Part shown: positions 6,365 to 8,615 of the stretch, piece by piece
Position numbering within the stretch: the first letter of the stretch is position 1
How the letters are laid out: each line of letters starts with the position of its first letter
NCBI GenBank assembly: GCA_016840425.1
Contig: JAEOSI010000083.1
Coordinates: 1 to 8,615 of the forward strand
Length of the DNA stretch: 8,615 bases
DNA from: Candidatus Wukongarchaeum yapensis
GTDB lineage: Archaea > Asgardarchaeota > Wukongarchaeia > Wukongarchaeales > Wukongarchaeaceae
Direction: 5' to 3'
Program-made: the position numbers and the translations under genes
The notes under the pieces: model-generated
Told to the model about the DNA's origin: nothing
Seen by the model: only the letters and a program-made list of their open reading frames with translations
The model's database searches: none

Positions 6365-7519
6365 ATGCCTTCTGAATATTTATGCAAGGTTTGTGGAAGG
6401 TTTTTTGAGGAGTTTTACGATTACTACTGCTCAGCATGCCAGCATATTATATGTGAGAAATGCACCAACAGTCAGCCTTGGACATGGCCTTGCGTTAAGT
6501 GTGGTTGGGCGGCTAAAACTAGAGCTGAAGCGATAAATAACGATTATGCATGCCCCAACTGTTATGTTTGCCCTTATTGTAAGGCGCCTGTAGACATAGT
6601 ATCTGAGAAAACGTTTGAAGGAGAGCCAAAGTTTGTTTTTAAGTGCGGTTATTGTCTTTGGAATTCAGGCATTGAGACTATAGATTCGAAATGGCATATT
6701 GAAGCTTTATCTGAAGAATGGTTAAGGAAAAAAGCAGAATCAGTAGATTTGCCAAGATTAAGTTTAAGAGAGGTGCCGACATTTCTTTGCTCTCTTTGCT
6801 ATTCAACCCTTGTCTCACCTAAGGGAAGTACTGAAAATTTAATGGCAAAGATTTTTCCCCGCGTAACTTTAAGGCTCTATCATGCTTTAATAATGGGTGT
6901 TGAGGAAGAGGTAGAGATAACTGTTAAAAATACACGTCCAAAAAACGTCAATCTGCGCTTTGATTGGAGAACTGAGGGCATACCTGTAAAAATAGCAAGC
7001 CATACACGTTCCCATGATTTCGATTTTTCGGGTTTTGAAAAAGAAAAAAAACTTAAATTGATTTTAAAACCTGAAGAATATGGAAGTTTTTACATAATAG
7101 GGGAAGTATGGTTTTCTTTTGAAGAATTATCCTTAGGTCAAGCAACTACACATATCAGGCTTGGTCCCATATACGTCGTCCCAAGAATTACTGTTACAAA
7201 AGAGTTACCAGGCTTTATAGAGACTGGAAAGGAGACCATTATGAAGGTGAGAATTACCAATGAAAGTTCAAAAGACGTAACCCGTGTTATCATTGAAGAA
7301 GGAACTTTACCCGAAGATATGCGGGTTTTAGGGGATGATTTCTTCTCAATACCAAGACTGGCCCCGAATGAGACTAAAGAACATTCTTATAAAGTAGTTT
7401 TTGAAAAACCAGGACGATACAAAATCCCCCCATCAAAAATCCGTTTAAAAATCCCCATAATAGATCCTAATCGCTTGATAGAAATAAGAAGTAACTCCCT
7501 AGAACGCTTATTGACATAA
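6365..7519 (+). CDS. Dynactin p62 (DCTN4)-like multi-zinc-finger protein with beta-sandwich and an extra C-terminal Ig-like domain
   Basis: 16 Cys in 8 CxxC pairs with p62 spacing (CxxC-x4-CxxC-x9-CxxC...AEA...CxNCxxCPxC...CGYCxWxS...CxxCxxxLxxP...PxVx...TxxN...LGP). GGAG at 6353-6356 supports ATG 6365. Confidence 0.85.
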   Translation: MPSEYLCKVCGRFFEEFYDYYCSACQHIICEKCTNSQPWTWPCVKCGWAAKTRAEAINNDYACPNCYVCPYCKAPVDIVSEKTFEGEPKFVFKCGYCLWNSGIETIDSKWHIEALSEEWLRKKAESVDLPRLSLREVPTFLCSLCYSTLVSPKGSTENLMAKIFPRVTLRLYHALIMGVEEEVEITVKNTRPKNVNLRFDWRTEGIPVKIASHTRSHDFDFSGFEKEKKLKLILKPEEYGSFYIIGEVWFSFEELSLGQATTHIRLGPIYVVPRITVTKELPGFIETGKETIMKVRITNESSKDVTRVIIEEGTLPEDMRVLGDDFFSIPRLAPNETKEHSYKVVFEKPGRYKIPPSKIRLKIPIIDPNRLIEIRSNSLERLLT

Positions 7520-7672
7520 ATTAAAAGAAATTGGAATTTTGGCTACAGTCTACAATCCGGTGAAGAAAAAATTTTAATTATGTGTACTATCTTCATTTTT
7601 GCCTAGATCTTTCGTTTCATTTTTAAATTCTAAACTTTTCTTATCTCATTCCCGAGAAAGGAGAGAAATTGA

Positions 7673-8131
7673 ATGCCAATTATACGTAAAGCAACCTTAG
7701 AAGATATTGATGAGCTGGTTAAACTTAGAATCGAGTTAATACGTGAGATAAGTGAAGTTGACGAGAATTATATGTCAAAATTAACTGATGCAATCAGAGA
7801 GTATTTTACCGCTAAAATGCCAGAGAACGAGTTCCTAGGCTGGGTTGCCGAGGATGAAGGCAAGATTATCGCAAGCTCCGGCTTGTTGTTCCACGAAAAA
7901 CCTCCTATTCACGGAAATCTGACAGGCAGAGAAGCTTATATTATGAACATGTACACGCTTCCCGAGTGGCGGAACAAGGGAATAGCAACGAAATTATTAA
8001 AAGAAATTATCAAATTTATTAAGGAAACAAACGTGCGACGCATTCGCCTCCATGCTACCGAGGCTGGTAAGAAGGTCTATGAAAAGATGGGGTTTGTTTT
8101 GGTCTCATCAGAAATGATATTAGATTGCTAA
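7673..8131 (+). CDS. GNAT-family N-acetyltransferase
   Basis: IRKATLED N-terminus, AYIMNMYTLPEWRNKGIATKLL acetyl-CoA motif A, LHATEAGKKVYEKMGF; AAGGAG upstream. Confidence 0.95.
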   Translation: MPIIRKATLEDIDELVKLRIELIREISEVDENYMSKLTDAIREYFTAKMPENEFLGWVAEDEGKIIASSGLLFHEKPPIHGNLTGREAYIMNMYTLPEWRNKGIATKLLKEIIKFIKETNVRRIRLHATEAGKKVYEKMGFVLVSSEMILDC

Positions 8132-8495
8132 GGAAGACTTCTCATCAGTATTTTATCATGGTCTTATATTGGAAAGGATTTGATTATTAAAAATCATTAA
8201 GGGGGAGGGAGGGCGGATCCACCATATTAAAAGACGATATAAAATACCGAATGGACCCGCCATTAATTCTTTAGTATTAGGATTTTATAAACGTTTCCTT
8301 ACTCTTTATTGTTTTATTTGATGTTTATTGAGGGTCTGTGTGATGATTTCGGTTTTTAGATATTAATTGTTTTTTGGATCCCTTATTTTTTCATTTTAGA
8401 ACTTTTTTGAGGGTTTATTCTGGTTTTTTTTTGAAAAATTATTAGCCATATGATTTTTAAGGGCTAATGTGTTTTTTTGATCGGAGTGTGATTTG

Positions 8496-8615
8496 TTGGC
8501 GGGTATTGATGTTGATCCTGAAGGTTTGTTTTTGAGGATTAGGAATCTTTTAAATCAGCACCATGATTTATTCTCTTTTGCTATTCCGCTCATTGCTAGT
8601 GAAAACATTGTTAGT
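8496..8615 (+). CDS. glyA: Serine hydroxymethyltransferase, 5' fragment (runs off window)
   Basis: Open frame from TTG 8496 (alternative TTG 8493) reads (M)AGIDVDPEGLFLRIRNLLNQHHDLFSFAIPLIASENIVS; LIASEN is the SHMT N-terminal signature; GGAGTG at 8483-8488. Confidence 0.8.
   Translation, partial: MAGIDVDPEGLFLRIRNLLNQHHDLFSFAIPLIASENIVS

Noticed and set aside
5800-7519. Claim of a complete archaeal dynactin or dynein system
   Set aside because: No actin/Arp, capping protein, p150/p50/p24 or dynein genes are in this window; only pointed-end-like subunits are supported.
7673-8131. GNAT as a Naa80-like actin acetyltransferase linked to the dynactin-like genes
   Set aside because: No Naa80-specific features are visible; adjacency alone is insufficient.

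Overview
AT-rich archaeal genomic window, probably from an Asgard-type archaeon (inferred from gene content only). It holds ten credible CDSs. Two are truncated by the window edges and absent from the ORF track: a receptor-like membrane protein at 1-1155 (-) and the start of glyA at 8496 (+). The main result is a two-gene unit at 5800-7519. The first gene encodes a left-handed beta-helix protein that has lost all three gamma-carbonic-anhydrase Zn histidines and carries dynactin p25/DCTN5-like motifs. The second encodes an 8xCxxC protein whose cysteine spacing and beta-sandwich motifs are collinear with dynactin p62/DCTN4. Together they look like a prokaryotic, operon-encoded version of the dynactin pointed-end subcomplex. 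Also present: a split, in-frame SLC41/MgtE pair; a ~330 bp internally deleted IS200/IS605 (tnpB) element; a stand-alone mtrH-like methyltransferase with an exact 53 bp duplication of its 3' end; a GNAT acetyltransferase; and two uncharacterised proteins. All comparisons with eukaryotic sequences are from memory and need HMM or structure confirmation.
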